Shown here in pieces: positions 42,195 to 57,426 of a stretch of 64,000 bases of DNA. The notes under the pieces are model-generated. The model saw nothing but the letters and a program-made list of their open reading frames with translations, searched no databases and had not been told where the DNA came from. A program made the translations under genes and the position numbers. The stretch is taken from NCBI GenBank assembly GCA_951406725.2, contig OX597820.1, forward strand, positions 90,086,001 through 90,150,000, written 5' to 3'. Source of the DNA: Octopus vulgaris (taxonomy: Eukaryota). Within the stretch, counting starts at the first letter, position 1. Each line of letters starts with the position of its first letter.

Positions 42195-42655
42195 AGCAGC
42201 CATGCTGGAAAGCCGCTTGAAGGGATCATTTAGTCGACGAAATCGATCCAAGGACTTATTGTTTATAAGCCTTGTACTAAGTTACGGGTACGTAAACACG
42301 TCAACACCAGTTGTCAAGCACTGGTGTGTGGGGGACACACACACAAAGAGATTCAAACATATAAATACACACACACACATACATACATACATACACACAT
42401 ACACAAAGAGATTCAAACATATAAATACACACACATACATACATACATACATACATACACACACACGCACACACACACATATATATATATATATATGTAT
42501 ATATAAATATATACGACAGCCTTCTTTCAGTTTCCGTCTACCAAATCCACTCAAGTCTTTGCTCATCCCAATCACTCTCCCAATGTGCCGCTCAATTGGA
42601 CTGAATCCAGATCAATCTGGTTGGGAAGCAGACTTCTTACCACGCATTCAAGCCG
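42195..42655 (-). mobile_element. tRNA/CORE-like SINE with expanded internal microsatellite
   Basis: Head at 42510-42655, CA/TACA tract with a 60-bp duplication at ~42340-42450, 3' block 42195-42335. Confidence 0.75.
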
Positions 42656-42659
42656 GTCA

Positions 42660-42810
<151 letters not shown>

Positions 42811-44819
42811 CATTTGGCTTCTCAGGGCAATAACAGTTTTTCTTATTACTAACGCACAACGCTTGGACATAACGCACAAACCTTCTTATAACACCTTCCA
42901 GGTTCCATCTCTCACCATTCTCATCTTCTTTCCTCTGCTTTCCCCATACTTTTCTCTCCCCACTTATCATCTATAAGCTTCCACATATTATATGTACAAC
43001 TTACATCCCCTACACAAACACAACATGGATATTTACTGCCACATAAACACACATGCGTGGATGCAAATACTTACATATATACTCACACGTCTACTCACAC
43101 ATTCATACGTGCACAGAAAAACACATACGTACATACAAACACACACACGCGCACACACGCATTTGCACGCACATATCACCCAGCCTCACGACCTCCCATC
43201 CTCTGACTTCTTGACCCTAGTGCTACGAACTTGTTAGATCAACCCTCACACGCACACACACCTAAGCACACACGCACGCATAAACTACCTTCCAGTGCAA
43301 CACTCCCTAATATACAAACACACTACTGCTACCCGCACATGCATTCGTGCATATATAAACATACATACAAAAACAATATCATATGCACACGTATTCACTC
43401 CACATACATGAGTACTACACACTTACTCTACTCACTCAAACACACTCGCGCACTTTTGCATACAGATACACACAATGGCTATTTTGCACTCTCCTCCTTT
43501 CAAAAACCCCATTCTATATCCCTCTTCAACATCCAGTCAGTTTCTATATTTTGACCACGTAAAAACACACATATTTTTCTCCGGTCTATTTGCTTCTTCC
43601 TTTTCCCCTTCTTCCCTGGACTTTTTCTCTTATCCGACAAAGAGACACACTCGAAAGCTCATTTCTACTTCTATTCTCGCGTCGAATAGGCTTTTATCGT
43701 TTTTGCCATGGATTTCCCTATATGTATATATATATATACACAGACACACAGACCTCGGACACAAAGGACAAATCGACTGCTTTAAATATTCGTATCACCA
43801 ACGGAGCTTAAATATTTACATTTATTCTCCTTCTCTAGCTTTGGTAGAATGAGATTAGAAAAGAGTCTATGTAGTGTCGAAAATACTAGAATGTTGTGAC
43901 GGAGAAAAACACATAAGTATTATTATAATAGAAGATTATCTTTCTCGTATCTCCTCATCCTTGTGTGCATGCACAGCCTCTTTGGGTACTACGGAGACAC
44001 AGTTTTTCGCCACAGTCATGTATAAAATACTCGCTTCTGATTGGCTAAAATACTCAAATTTTTGTAAATTTTAAAGGCTAATAACATTTTAATTGTGGAT
44101 TTATAGGGAAAATGAATTTCATTTTGATAATTAGTACACAAAACGCAATCCACTTATCAAATTTGAAAACAATTGGAACAAAATTGTAAACAATGACGAA
44201 AACCTCAAAGATCCCATAATAAATATCATTTATAATTAAAAATATAATAATATAGGATTACAGAATTCAATGACTTTTATGAAAAAAGTATAAATTTTCA
44301 CAAATTTATATGCTATAAAATCTATAGAAATATATAAAAGGATGTATAAAGGCATAACATTACAAAAAATAAAATATAAGAATTCAAAAGATATAATGTG
44401 TAATTAATAAATATGTAATAACAGAAACTATAAAAGCAATGAAAATAAATAAAAGTGTATATAAAGGCATAAAATATAAAAATACAAAAGATAAAAAAAT
44501 TATAAAATATGAAAAAGTTAAACATTTATTTAGTAAAAACGTATAAATGATGGTATAAAACATATAAAGAAGGATATAAGTTGAGATAAAATAAAAAGAT
44601 TTTTTAATAATGGTACTGGTATATAGTAAAAGTTATAGCCACGATATTATTATTTATGAAACATAAAATAAATTATAAATATACCAAATTTTAATACAAA
44701 ACAAAATTACATTTGGAAATGGGTTTTACAAGATATATCTAAAGTACAGAGTAATTCTAAAGTTTTGTCTCTCTCTACCGAAAAGCAATAAGAACAACAG
44801 AGGAACACTATAATAATAT

Positions 44820-45046
44820 GAAACACATGTACTCGTTTTAGTATATTCTCTTTCATTGACATTGACATTTTCATACATCGAGAAGGTCTGTATGAACGCC
44901 ATTATCTTCGTGGAACAAAATGATGCGGCGCCATGTCCTGTGATATTTTACAAAGCTGTGCTTTGGTGATTGTTGGAAATGCTGCTGAAATCGCGTCCTT
45001 CAACTGTTGGGCATTCTGGTATCGCTCTTGCGAAATTCTCACCCTG
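44820..45046 (-). mobile_element. Tc1/mariner transposase C-terminal fragment
   Basis: Minus strand TA|CAGGGTG then QQLKDAISAAFPTITKAQL / RTWRRIILFHEDNGVHTD*. Confidence 0.65.
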
Positions 45047-45339
45047 TACATAAATAAAAAATGAGCGTGGTATAATAGTTACAGATTTTGGAGGGCATAT
45101 TTTAAATTTAGGTGAGATGCGAATTTTAAGAATTCACTAAAAAAATATATATATTTCAATCATGATAGAAGAAATTCACTACTGGAAGGGGTAAATACAT
45201 ATTGTAATTGTAAAACGGGGCTAAGGGTCATTAGAATGCATTATTGAATAGGTTTCGACATCACAGAGGGTAGGCTATGAATGATATGGTCTCCCGAATA
45301 ACTTAGGTCACCAAAAATACAATATGATATAATCATTAA

Positions 45340-45398
<59 letters not shown>

Positions 45399-45400
45399 TA

Positions 45401-45863
45401 TGAATAATTGGAGTCAATAAGAAGGAATATAGAGGAACGCTTATTTATAATCACTACAATCGTTTCCAGTTTCGCATTTATTTGTTTATGTAGCCGTTTT
45501 CCTTTATCATGAGATTTTGTGTTTCATCAGGTGATATATAAATGCTTTTTTCTGTGTTACATGAACACAAATACTCGGCTTCCAGTGCATCCCTTCTGTC
45601 TGCCGTGGTTTGCGTGGTTACTACCACCTCGCAAGCTACCACAGAAAGGATGCACTCGAAGTCGAGACTTTTAGTTTGCAGAACACAGAATCAATATTTA
45701 TATATATCACCTGATGAAAGACAATATCTCATAATGCAGGGAAGTGATTACATAACCAAATACCTGCGAGCATGGAGAACCACGTTGCAACCAAACAAGT
45801 GTAGTGATTATAAATAAACGTTCCTCTGTATTCCTTGTTGACTCCAATTTATTAAATTATTCA
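45401..45863. repeat. ~460-bp imperfect fold-back palindrome with an HHR core in each arm
   Basis: Arms align as reverse complements along their length (e.g. CTCGGCTTCCAGTGCATCCCTTCTGT / ACAGAAAGGATGCACTCGAAGTCGAG); centre ~45620. Confidence 0.88.
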
Positions 45864-46017
45864 TTCACACACTGCAGAAACCCCAACGCAAATCTGGTAG
45901 TAGTTATAGCACCGGGTGAAATCTGAACGTTGACAAGCTTTATACTGCACTCTACTACGTTCTTAACAAAATATGACCTAATCTATGTGTGTGTATAAGT
46001 GTGTGTATGTGTGTGTG

Positions 46018-46091
<74 letters not shown>

Positions 46092-46474
46092 TGATAACAC
46101 CTAAAAGAAGATGCTATATTTCCATTCACATCAGTGAAAGTAGCTTTGGCCATGAGGAACTGATGCCATCAGACGGTATCCAACATCCGTCGGATATGTC
46201 GCTGCTGATTCCTCGTGGAATAATATCGATGTTTGAAAATGTCTTCTCACCGTCTTTAAAGGACTTGCATGGAAATGAGAGAAAAGTAATAGCATATACC
46301 TTAAAACTAAACTACTAATCTAATTTACGTAGCACGAATTGTAAAATTCCAGCCCCACAGTTTCTCATGTATTTGTATTTCGACTCTGGCTCTAAACATT
46401 TTCCCCACCTCGGATTTGTAAGTGGAAGGATCCAAGTTTAGTATCAAAAGCTGAGGAAACAAATACTCGCTCAC

Positions 46475-46507
46475 CTTGTTTAGGAACCGGTTTACGTGTT
46501 ACTAAAC
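46475..46507 (-). CDS. Candidate 33-nt micro-exon
   Basis: Acceptor cttctatttctattag|, donor AAG|gtgagc; single open frame LVTRKPVPKQ, phase 1-1. Confidence 0.3.
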
Positions 46508-47849
46508 CTAATAGAAATAGAAGCCAGATACTCCGCATGGAACAATGCTCAATTGACTCTTAAACGATAAGATTTATTAGATAATTATTTCGAACTGCGT
46601 ATTCCCGGACAGATAAAAGCTTCGACAGTATGACCAAAAGCATCAGACTGTTGAATACATGTCCGTGTAAACTTGAGAGCTAAACAATCATTTCTAATTT
46701 AAGGATAGGTCCGCAGTTTTGAGAGAAATAAAATAATGATAATAATAGTCATGATTTTATGGAATTTAGACATACGGCCAGCAGTTTTGAAAGACGGAAA
46801 ATTGCAGAATGTGGTTAGACGATTTCAGCGACTCTACTACGCGACTGGTACTTAATTTATCGATCCTGAAAAACTGAAAGCCACAGCAGATCTCAGTGGA
46901 TTTTGAACTCAAAACATAAATCCAGACGAAATACCAATTCGCATTTTGTTTGACGTGCTAACGATCCTGTTAGTTCGATGATTTTGGCGACTAAATAGCA
47001 ATAAGTATAATTGTTTAATTTCCCCAAAATATGAATTTAACAAGAAAACAATTATTAGTATCGTTTAAGATCAGTGGTCGTTATACCGTTACGGGTTGAA
47101 ATTAACACTGCAAGAATACAGGATCAAATAATGGATTGCTGTTAGTGCGATTGTTATTGGTGTCTACTTTGAATTTAAACAGAATTTAATAAATAATAAC
47201 AAGCAGTTATCCTGTATTTCTTGAGAAAATTGTTACTATGGCATCTAAGATTTAATACACATTAATGATTTCTTTTGAAGTCATTAATGCGTATTAGATC
47301 ATAAATATCATACTTAAATGAAAACAATATTAAAGCAATGACTGTATTAATAGTAATATTAGTTGTTGTACTAGATTTTATAGCAAAAATCTAATAGCAA
47401 CCATTACATTATTATTTTATTTATGGCATTCATAGACATTTAATTTCGCAAAGACTGTATTACATATCTGTAAGTATTTATTTGTGTTGCGTATATTTTA
47501 ATAAAGAATATAAATCAGTGATTTAGATTTTTCAGATTAAAAGTGAATGCTGCAAAAGAGAAAATAAATAAATAAATAAATAAAAAATATCTCTTTGGTA
47601 TTAAAGGCATAAATGAACAAAAGGTTGTAGCTCATTTCATATAACTGGCTTATAAATGAAATTTCCTGAAATATATCTTTGTATTAAATATACAGAGGGA
47701 AAACCGATCCTTTATTCATTAATATATAAAATGAACATGATTAAATGAAAATGCTAATATAAATAGAATTCTTAGTAGAAAGTTTTCATAAATTCTATGA
47801 GATTTCTCTCGTTTTAATTATTAGCATTATAGGTCTTCCTTATGATAGA

Positions 47850-48051
47850 AGTAGTAGTAGTAGTAGTAGTGGTGGTAGTAGCAGCAGCACCTGCAGTAGC
47901 AGTAATAGTAACTGTGGTGTTCGTGGCAGTAATTGCTGTCATCGCAGTAGTAGCAATGCCAGTGGTACCGGTGGTGACAATAGTATTAATAGCGGTTATT
48001 GAGGTGAATGTGTTGGTGAAAATAATAATAATAGTAGTAGTAGTAGAAGAA

Positions 48052-48083
<32 letters not shown>

Positions 48084-48097
48084 AGAAATAGTAGTAA

Positions 48098-48154
<57 letters not shown>

Positions 48155-48191
48155 AAGAAGTAGTAGTAGTAGTAGTAGTAGAAGAAGAAGA

Positions 48192-48243
<52 letters not shown>

Positions 48244-48258
48244 ATAGTAGTAGTAGTA
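47850..48258. repeat. (GTA)n/(GAA)n compound microsatellite
   Basis: Directly visible. Confidence 0.96.
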
Positions 48259-48624
48259 AACCAACTTCAGGTTAAGTTCTGATCGATTTCAGTTTATCAG
48301 AATGTCACTTCAAACGAGGGAAGAATAACATCTTTAAAACCGGAATACTTTATACTTTTTGTTGTTCAATATTTTCTTCAGACTTAAGATGTGATTAAAA
48401 AAAATATACTGGCTATTAAATTTACCAATTCGAATATCCACGTCAAGATTCCATAGTTCTGTTATACTAAGATACGTATAGCGGCTTGTGTCTATTTCTT
48501 AATTATTCCATCTTTATATATATTATTAAGTAGAGACTGCATAAGGGGGAAAATCAGCCCTCGCAAAGCGAATAAAAGAAATCTTAACCCAATGTTCTAT
48601 GCTATTATTTATAACTTTAACAAG

Positions 48625-49420
48625 GCAACGAACTAGCTGTTTCGACAGCGCATGGGACAAAATTCTCAGCAGCAGTTCGTCCGTCTTTACAATCTGAGTT
48701 CAAATGCTGCCGAGGTCAGCTTTACCTTTCATCATTTCGGGGCCGATGAAATAAGTACCACTTAAGCACTGGAGTCAATGTACTCGACTAGTCTGCTTTC
48801 CAACAATTTAAGACCTTGTGCCTATAACAGAAAAGATTGTGTGTAGCCTTAGGGTGGTGGGCTGGCAGAATCGTTAGCACATCCGACAAAATATTTAGCG
48901 GTGTTTCTTCCGGCTTTGCATCCTGAGTTCGAGTTCGACTTCTCATTTCACCTTTGTGGTGTCGATAATATAATTACTTGTCAAGAGCAGGGTTGGGTGT
49001 AATCGGCTAACCACCTCATCCGCAATTTCAAGCCTTATGCCTATAAAAGAAAACAATTGTTTATAACTTTATTTGTTTCAAGATTCACCGTTCCGGAAAA
49101 GAATAAATAAATTTGTTACCTTATTTTGTAACTAAGACCTTAAAATTTTTCCTAAGTGTTATCAGAAACTACCTGTTAAATAGAAGACTAAATGCAAAGT
49201 GATATCAGTATAAATGTGAAAATATTGATTTCAAATTTCGGCACGAAGCCAGCAATTTCGGGGGATGGGGTAAGTCGATTACATCGACTACAGTGCTGAA
49301 TTGGTAACTAATTAATCAATCTCGAAAGGATGAAAGGCAAAGTCGACCTCGGCAGTTTTTGAACTCTAAACGTAAAGATGAACGATATGCTGCTAACAAT
49401 TCTGTCAGCTCGCCGCCTTA
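48625..49420. mobile_element. Cluster of three older core-bearing SINE copies (+,+,-)
   Basis: ~48625-48835 (+), ~48850-49050 (+), ~49230-49420 (-), each with degenerate head and core. Confidence 0.75.
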
Positions 49421-51327
49421 TAATGCTTAAATATTGATTTTAAATTTTGGCACATGGGCCATAATTTCGACATTCCTAAATGCATGTCATTTGATTCTTA
49501 TTACTGATAGGTAAAGCATCACAATGTCATCGCTTTTTTAATGTGCTCTCCCAGCACACCAGGAAGGGATTTTGTATTTAGATTTATCCCTCAACTAGGC
49601 AAGTCTATTCATTGTCAACTTACTTCAAAATACCGCGATACTCTTAAATGTTTTTTTTTTGCGTGTTTCTATTGTTCTTTTCTCGATGTTTCTTTTCTTG
49701 TTTGTTATCTAGTTAGCTCTAAGGGGAAATGAAGCATTATTTTATGTTGAATTTTCTTGTAGATTCCTACACATGCATGCTTACACACTCACAAACTCAT
49801 AAGCGCGCGCACACACATGAACTACTGTCCGTTTGTACTGCTGGCCATTGACTTCGAGGTTACACTGTACCACAATTTTTTACTGTAACCACCACAAGAT
49901 TGGTGCAGCTGGAACGACTTCAGCTATTCAGCAGATAGATCATTAGTGCTTTAATTACACATACACGATATCTCACCTCTACAGAAAACTCATAATCCTG
50001 CCATCCACATGCCTCACACAAATCCTTAAAGCATTCCAAGTAGAAGCCAAGTCGTTCATGATTGGATATGCAATGCTCTTCAGCGACATTGTTCTATTGT
50101 CAGAAGGGATTTTTGGTAAGTTAGATGGTCCCATAATGTCAGGGAGTTGATTTTTTAGAGTAGCAATTAGGGAATATGAATACTTCCTTCAAATATACCG
50201 GCAGCTTTAACTTACTAGAATTGTTCAGACATCTGGATTACTGCTCTACTTTGTTTACGCTCCCGTGTTGTCTTCTGTCACCTTTTTGCGGAAAACAGAG
50301 GCAATCTTGGATGTCATTATAATCACACTGAATCTATTGCATTGCCTCTTTTAGTGGATAGGTAAATAAGATGGTAACTTGGCAATACCTTCAAGCGCGC
50401 ATGTCTTTAGAATGTGCTCCAACAATGCATAACATCGCTAGGTGAGATAATTAACATGTTTCTCCAATCTCATTGTCTAATAGTGGTAAAGATAAAAGCA
50501 CATGGCACATGTAACTGAAGAAAAATTATATCAGCAACCATTAATGTATTATTGGATAAAAATATAAAATATTGAATCTCGCTTCAAATACATAAACTTA
50601 ACACTGAATTCTATTTACTCGTTTTATTTGTACATGATCTATGAGAGTGATACGTGATAATGTGTGATAACTATATGTGGGAACAAATCTAAAGTGATAT
50701 ATATTTACATATTATTCGGTGATTTATATTTTCACTTCACAGATTTATATGTTCACATCTGAGAATTATATTATTTAGACATTATTCAACATATGCAATT
50801 TACAGAAAATTAGTATGCAACTACGTAACATATTTAATACACGTTTTTCAATGGGGGGGGGGATTATTTCTAAAAGTACTCAAATCCTACGAAAATCAAT
50901 ATGATTTAAGCACTTTTAGCAGTATAATCTTCAATTTATCACTCGATTGCTTTAGTTTGCTGTAGAGTATAAAGCGATGTACAAGAAAATGAAATCATCA
51001 GCTTATTATGATATAAAATAGTTTGTAATTATTCTTAGCATACACACAAACACGTCTGGTTTCGCGGGATGTATAAAGACAATTAGAACCACCAAGAATG
51101 ATAGATATTTGTAATGTTTTAGAAAATGGATACAGGAATACTCTTAAATATCTTCCGTTTGAATCAGACAATTTACAGGAACACGATTAGAATTTGCAAA
51201 AATTCGGGTTATTTTGGTTGGCGACCGACCTATTGCAAAACATTTTCAAGTCACCATTGTTATTTATATTCACATTCATATAAATACATATACATGCACA
51301 TGCACATACATTCACAAACGCACACAA

Positions 51328-51413
<86 letters not shown>

Positions 51414-51613
51414 ATACACACACAAACTCGCACACACACGTAATACATATGTGACTATGGAAATATACATGTATGCATTTATTCAGATATATATGTTGTG
51501 TGTGTGTCTGTGTGCGTGCGTCTGTGTGTATTTATATACTTATAAGTATGTATATATATGCATGTATATGTATGTGCCTGTGTGTGTATATATATATATA
51601 CACACACACACAC

Positions 51614-51662
<49 letters not shown>

Positions 51663-52172
51663 TACCATCAGCTGATTTATAATACACTTATCTGAAATCG
51701 ATGTGAACTGGTCTTTTCACCTACAACGATCGATACCTCATTAATATTTTAAAATATTACTTTTATTCGCAGTTATTATTTTGTTAGTTTAAACGCAGAC
51801 CAGCACCATATCGAGCAGGCCCATTATTAAAAACATTCCAAGTATGATGAATCCGAATTTTGCCGACTTTAGAGCAACGAACTCATTGAGTGACCATCGC
51901 ATAATTGAGTGATTACAGTTATATAAATGGTATGGACAATTATCATATATTTGTATTCCTAGAAAAGAGGGTGCCTACTGATCAATCTTTATATGCAATG
52001 GAATGAGAATAACAGCTGATCTGCAGTCAAATTTATAGATGCAGGCTGAATTAAGGATAAATAATCTGTTCTTTTAGAATTATAGCTTGCAACAAGTAAA
52101 CCATCTGGAAAAATTAAAGAAAGGAATCCTCGAACTGATGACTAGAATCACGGTGATGAAGTGTTGTTGTTA

Positions 52173-52228
<56 letters not shown>

Positions 52229-52299
52229 AAGAACAAAATGTTAGTAATATGTCAGAGAATGATGAAAGACTATAGGAAGGATCAAATTATATCTATCCT

Positions 52300-52495
52300 G
52301 CTACTGGCACAAGGCATGACATTTGGCGGAGGAGGATAATCGATCACATCGACCCAATTAATTGACTGGTACTTAAATTACCGACCTCGAAACGATGAAA
52401 GGCAAAGTCGACCTCGGTGGAATTTGAACTCAGTACGTAAAGACGGATGAAAACTGCTGAGCATTTTACTTGGTGTGCTAACAATTGTGCCAGCT
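52300..52495 (-). mobile_element. Core-bearing tRNA-SINE copy
   Basis: GAAAGGCAAAGTCGACCTCGGTGGAATTTGAACTCAG block. Confidence 0.8.
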
Positions 52496-52499
52496 GAAG

Positions 52500-53880
52500 G
52501 ACGAAATTATAAAGAACAAAATTCTAACACCAATCGCTGGAAGGATTACAGCCATTAAGGCATGGAGTACCGTTACAGAAATTGATGGATATGATATCTC
52601 TGCACCGAGCGTGGTTAAACCTGGAGACTATAACAAGATAAGGTTGTTATATTGGGATAAAGCCTTAATTCACTGTCGAGATGATTAGATAAAAAGTACG
52701 TGAAATTTATACTGATTTGAATAGCTGTAAGTGACACAATTACCACAGCTGGGATCATAACAGCCAATATCTATTAACCAAATACACAAAAAGAATGCTA
52801 ATGTCGAAAAAACTGATAAGATCTACTCTTCATTAAATACTACATAAGAGAAAATTCTGGAACATGACAAATTCTTGTGAGTGAATCCAATGACCATTTA
52901 TGACGAGAAAGAAATAGATACTCGGTTACTATACACCAACTTTTAGCAAGAAATTTCAAAGAGATTATATTAAACTTCTTGGAATCGTCTGAAATTTATG
53001 ATCTCTTCGAAACAAATACGTATTTTGATTATATATTGATACACAAGAAAACTTGCACATTTCCCAATAATAGCTCCGAAAATGAGATGGATCTCAATCT
53101 TATTTTTAGAGGCGATAAATAAAAAACTGATCGAGACACGTGTGTGTTCAAAGGAGTAGACATTGGTTCTGATCATTGCATGGGGAAGATGGTTATCAAC
53201 ATAAAACAAAAGAAATTTGTTTAAGAATCTAAAAAATTCAATGGCTTTTGATATTGGCAATCTTAATGAAAGTAGCATCAGAGAATCGTATCAGCTAGAC
53301 CGCAAGAGCCGATATGCTGCATTAAATGCAGAAAGTTATAAAGATCAATACTGAAGAAAAGTCAAAGACTGAAATCCGAAAATAGAATAGGAAGAAAGAA
53401 AGGAAAACGTAGTGAACAATGGATATTATCAGTGATATGTGTGTGTTTTAGATATGTGACGGTAACAGAGAGTTAAGAGAAATACCATAAAGACATTAAA
53501 CGGAAGCATAAAGCACAGAGGAAAAAAGTGGAAAAACATTGCTGAGAAAAAGCTGAAAGTTGGATTGAAGGGAAGGCAAAAACTATAGAATTTGCCTCCA
53601 CAAGAAGAGATCCAACAACCTCGAGAAGAGAATGCAAACAACTGCTCTGCAGCGCAACCATAAACAGGATGTTATCAATAAAAGGTAAAAAGTGTGTCTA
53701 AGATTTCAGAAGAACGAAAACAAAAGAGGGACAAGCTTTGCTCAATATGACCACAGCCTCTAGCAAAGGAGATAATAGGATAAACGCAAAGGAAATCGTT
53801 GTAGAGAAGTTCCAAAAGATTTGAAATTCTCGAAAACTAAAGAAGTTGCCGATATAGATTTTATCACAGGTGAACATGCT
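52500..53880 (+). mobile_element. RTE-clade LINE, APE endonuclease-to-linker fragment
   Basis: TNTYFDYILIHKKTCTFPNNSSENEMDLNLI...DTCVFKGVDIGSDH (APE C-terminal SDH motif) and ADIDFITGE. Confidence 0.7.
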
Positions 53881-54089
53881 TTTTTTTCTGTATTTCTATA
53901 ACTTCCAATTTATAAACATTTTTTACAGGAAGGAAGGACGGTAACATCAAAATTATACAAGGTCAAATTATTGAGAAGAAAGCCCAACGCCACCTCACCA
54001 AGGAAACGAAAAAAAAAGAGAACATAAAGGAAAATAAAAGAAAACTAGGGAGTATCATGCAAGAAAAGACACAGAGGGAGTAACAGGTT

Positions 54090-55010
54090 GTACATAATTG
54101 CAAATACATTGTGACACTCACTGCAACATCTTGCCCACGTCGTGGACTCGTTTCTTAGTCAAGCTGCAGTTATCTCGATTTCTGAGAACATATCAGCATT
54201 GCAGAGTCCGAGAAAATCTGAGTTATTGACAGCGACCGGGACAAATAGATAGTACCTGCTCAGGCTCCTGTATTTGTTTATCATGTTAAAAATAAAAGGA
54301 AACTCTGCAGGGAGCCCTACTTAACTCATTAAAAACACCGACTTCATGTAAAAATACGAGTACATTTCTAAGACGGAGTTTTTTATGTTCCTGATTCTAG
54401 TGGCCACGCAATATTATAGGGTTGATTTTTTTTCTGCAAAACCATACTATATGTCAGTGACTAACTCACAGCCACATCCATCATCATTATAAATATTTAT
54501 GCAGATGATACTAGACTCCATTCACCCATAATATTACCCGACCATTCACAACTACACCTCACATACTAAATTCACATTGATTGAATAAACAGAGACATTT
54601 AGAGCATATCCTAACGAGAATCGCCTATCTTTCCCGAAAGCATCATTGTGCCACCCGCCTTAATTCTGAGCAGTACTCAGCTAGAAATCTCAAAATCATT
54701 CTTGCTGGTGGGTCTCACTATCGCAGAGAAATGACAAAAGCAGAACCGCATTCTTGACATGATTATGACCGTATCCCAATGATTAGGTCTTATCTTCAGC
54801 GCTAAGAGATATTGATACTCTACGAAGTTCAGTTGAGTTCAAAAATGGAGTATTCTTCTCACGTCTCATTTGACCCCTACCTCCGGCTTTCGTGTGTCCC
54901 AGAAATCATGACGATGGTGTCCACCTTACTACTAAATGGTATGAAGTAGCTTACAAAACCATTTGTGACCCACCAAACACTCTACCCAGGCCTCTCTCAG
55001 CTTATACTAC
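54090..55010 (+). mobile_element. CR1/L2/Jockey-type LINE RT fragment
   Basis: QGALL, INIYADDTRLH (YADD catalytic motif at ~54497), SKMEYSSHV. Confidence 0.7.
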
Positions 55011-55299
55011 AATGGTCTTAGATCACTGAACCTTCCTCTAAACCCTACAAATAAAAACATTGTTAACAAAACCCAACTGTCAATGAAACTATTACTGAAT
55101 AGCAAACGAAGTGAATGTTTTAGTAAAGAGAATTACTTTGCTCGTTGTAAACGCCAACCTGATTTCAATATTTGTATTAAATAGAATGAGGAACAAAACA
55201 AAAGAGAAACAATACTTTAATATTCCTGAAGGCGAATCATACACTGATACTATTTCTGCATTATATAGAAATTATTACTAGTGACATTGACAATTAGCA

Positions 55300-56100
55300 G
55301 GATTTTATGTACAAAATAAAATGGCACATTCCTGAACATGTTCAAATAGACTGGAAGCATCTATCACTTTTAGATGACCAACTCCAAGTTGTATACAGCA
55401 GACAATAACGATTAGAAACACTGCTGCAGAGTGTATACGTATAAGAGTAAGGAATATGTCTCGGATTAGAAAAACGCGTCTCAGTCGATAATAATATAGC
55501 AATGAAGTAGTGAGTTCTTATAATCGATTCCTCTGTTTCTCACAAGTTTTGGCATTGTGTTCAAGTGAGAAATCGGATTAGGGTAGAGTATTGGAAGAAA
55601 CTTTAGTGTGTTGGAAGAAATGCAATGCGGTATTTTCTACGGATATTTACGTTCTGAATACAATCCTATCAATAGTCAAATTTGCTTTCATATTTTCAGT
55701 GTCGATAGTATAGAATGACAGTCAAAGGCTGGGATTGGCGTAAGCAGCTAATGTCTTCGACTATCGGAATTGCTCGCTTCCTGTTTACATTATAAAATCA
55801 TTAATGGGGTGAGGTGGAAATATCGTTAGCAAGCCGGGCAAAATGCAGATTCAACGTCAGGCATAAGAACAGTAGTTCGACAGAACTTACTAAACATTTC
55901 ATTTCAAGTGGCTGCAAATTTGAAGAAGACTTGAAAATGCATATTCTCAGAAAATATTCTGAATCTGCTTCACTTTCACTTCTCAGAATGTATGGGGAGA
56001 AATATGTTTGCGGGTTAAAAACATCACGACCTGGGGGAATGAATAAGATGACAGGAGAATATCATCTAATTTCTACAAAACTGCTTGATTAAATATTCTT
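55300..56100 (+). mobile_element. Penelope-like element GIY-YIG region, interrupted by an old SINE (~55600-55790)
   Basis: TELTKHFISSGCKFEEDLKMHIL...EKYVCGLKTSRPGGMN matches the PLE pattern HF...DL...E.WI..L.T..P.GLN. Confidence 0.7.
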
Positions 56101-56257
56101 CTTTCTCTCGTTTTTCTTCCCTTTTTCTGTCGTCTTCTTTTTTCTGTTTTTTTCTTTTTCTTTTCGCCTGTTACTAAATTGTAAATTGAAAACTGATAAT
56201 GTCATACCATCAACGTGTGGACACTGGTTGCTCTCGTTCATATTTTACGTTTAAATT

Positions 56258-56467
<210 letters not shown>

Positions 56468-56653
56468 ATAAACATATTTAATTGCATAACTATAGTATTT
56501 CGTTCAACTTAACATTCATTTGGATTTGGTGAAGTGTATTTCTCCCGACATATATTCTCAGTATAAATATAGTTAACTACCTGCTTGCATCCCTACCTAC
56601 CTACTTACCTACCTATCTATCTGGTTACTAAGCTACGTACACTCACATACATA

Positions 56654-56723
<70 letters not shown>

Positions 56724-56794
56724 CAGACACACACACACACAGACACACAGACACACACACATATACATTCTTCTGTTTTATTCTTTTATTTTTT

Positions 56795-57097
56795 TGCAGT
56801 AACTTGACTGCGGCTATTCTGTGGAACTGCCTTTAGTCGAACAAATCCCCCCCAGGACTTATTCTTTGTAAGCCTAGTATTTATTATATCGATCTTTTTT
56901 GCCGAACGTCTACGTTACGGGGATATAAACACACCAGCATCGGTTGTTAAGCAATGGTAGGAGGAACAAACACAGATACACAAGTATGTTCATACACACA
57001 TACTAGAGGACACTTTCCCAAGGAACCACGCGGTGAGAGTGAACCCGGAAACGTGTTTGCGAAGCAAGCCTCTTATCACACAGCCAGACCTACGCCT
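56795..57097 (-). mobile_element. tRNA/CORE-like SINE, internally deleted
   Basis: 3' block 56795-56985 joined to a shortened head. Confidence 0.75.
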
Positions 57098-57125
57098 ATA
57101 TATATATATGTATATATATATACAT

Positions 57126-57426
57126 ATCACGTGACGTCACGTGACCGACCAGACCATCAGATGTTGTTACACATCGCTGGTCACAATGCGTTCGCATTGT
57201 TTTAGCCTTCGAATGACGCCACCCACTGGCTAAGCGAGCAGGCCAACAGAAGAAAGAGAGAAAGAGTGGTGAAAGAGTACAGCAGGGATCACCACCCCCT
57301 GCCGGAGACTCGTGGAGCTTTTAGGTGTTTTCGCTCAATAAGCACTCACAACACCCGGTCTGGAAATCGAAACTGCGATTCTACGACCGCGAGTCCGCTG
57401 CCCTAACCACTGGGCCATTGCGCCTC

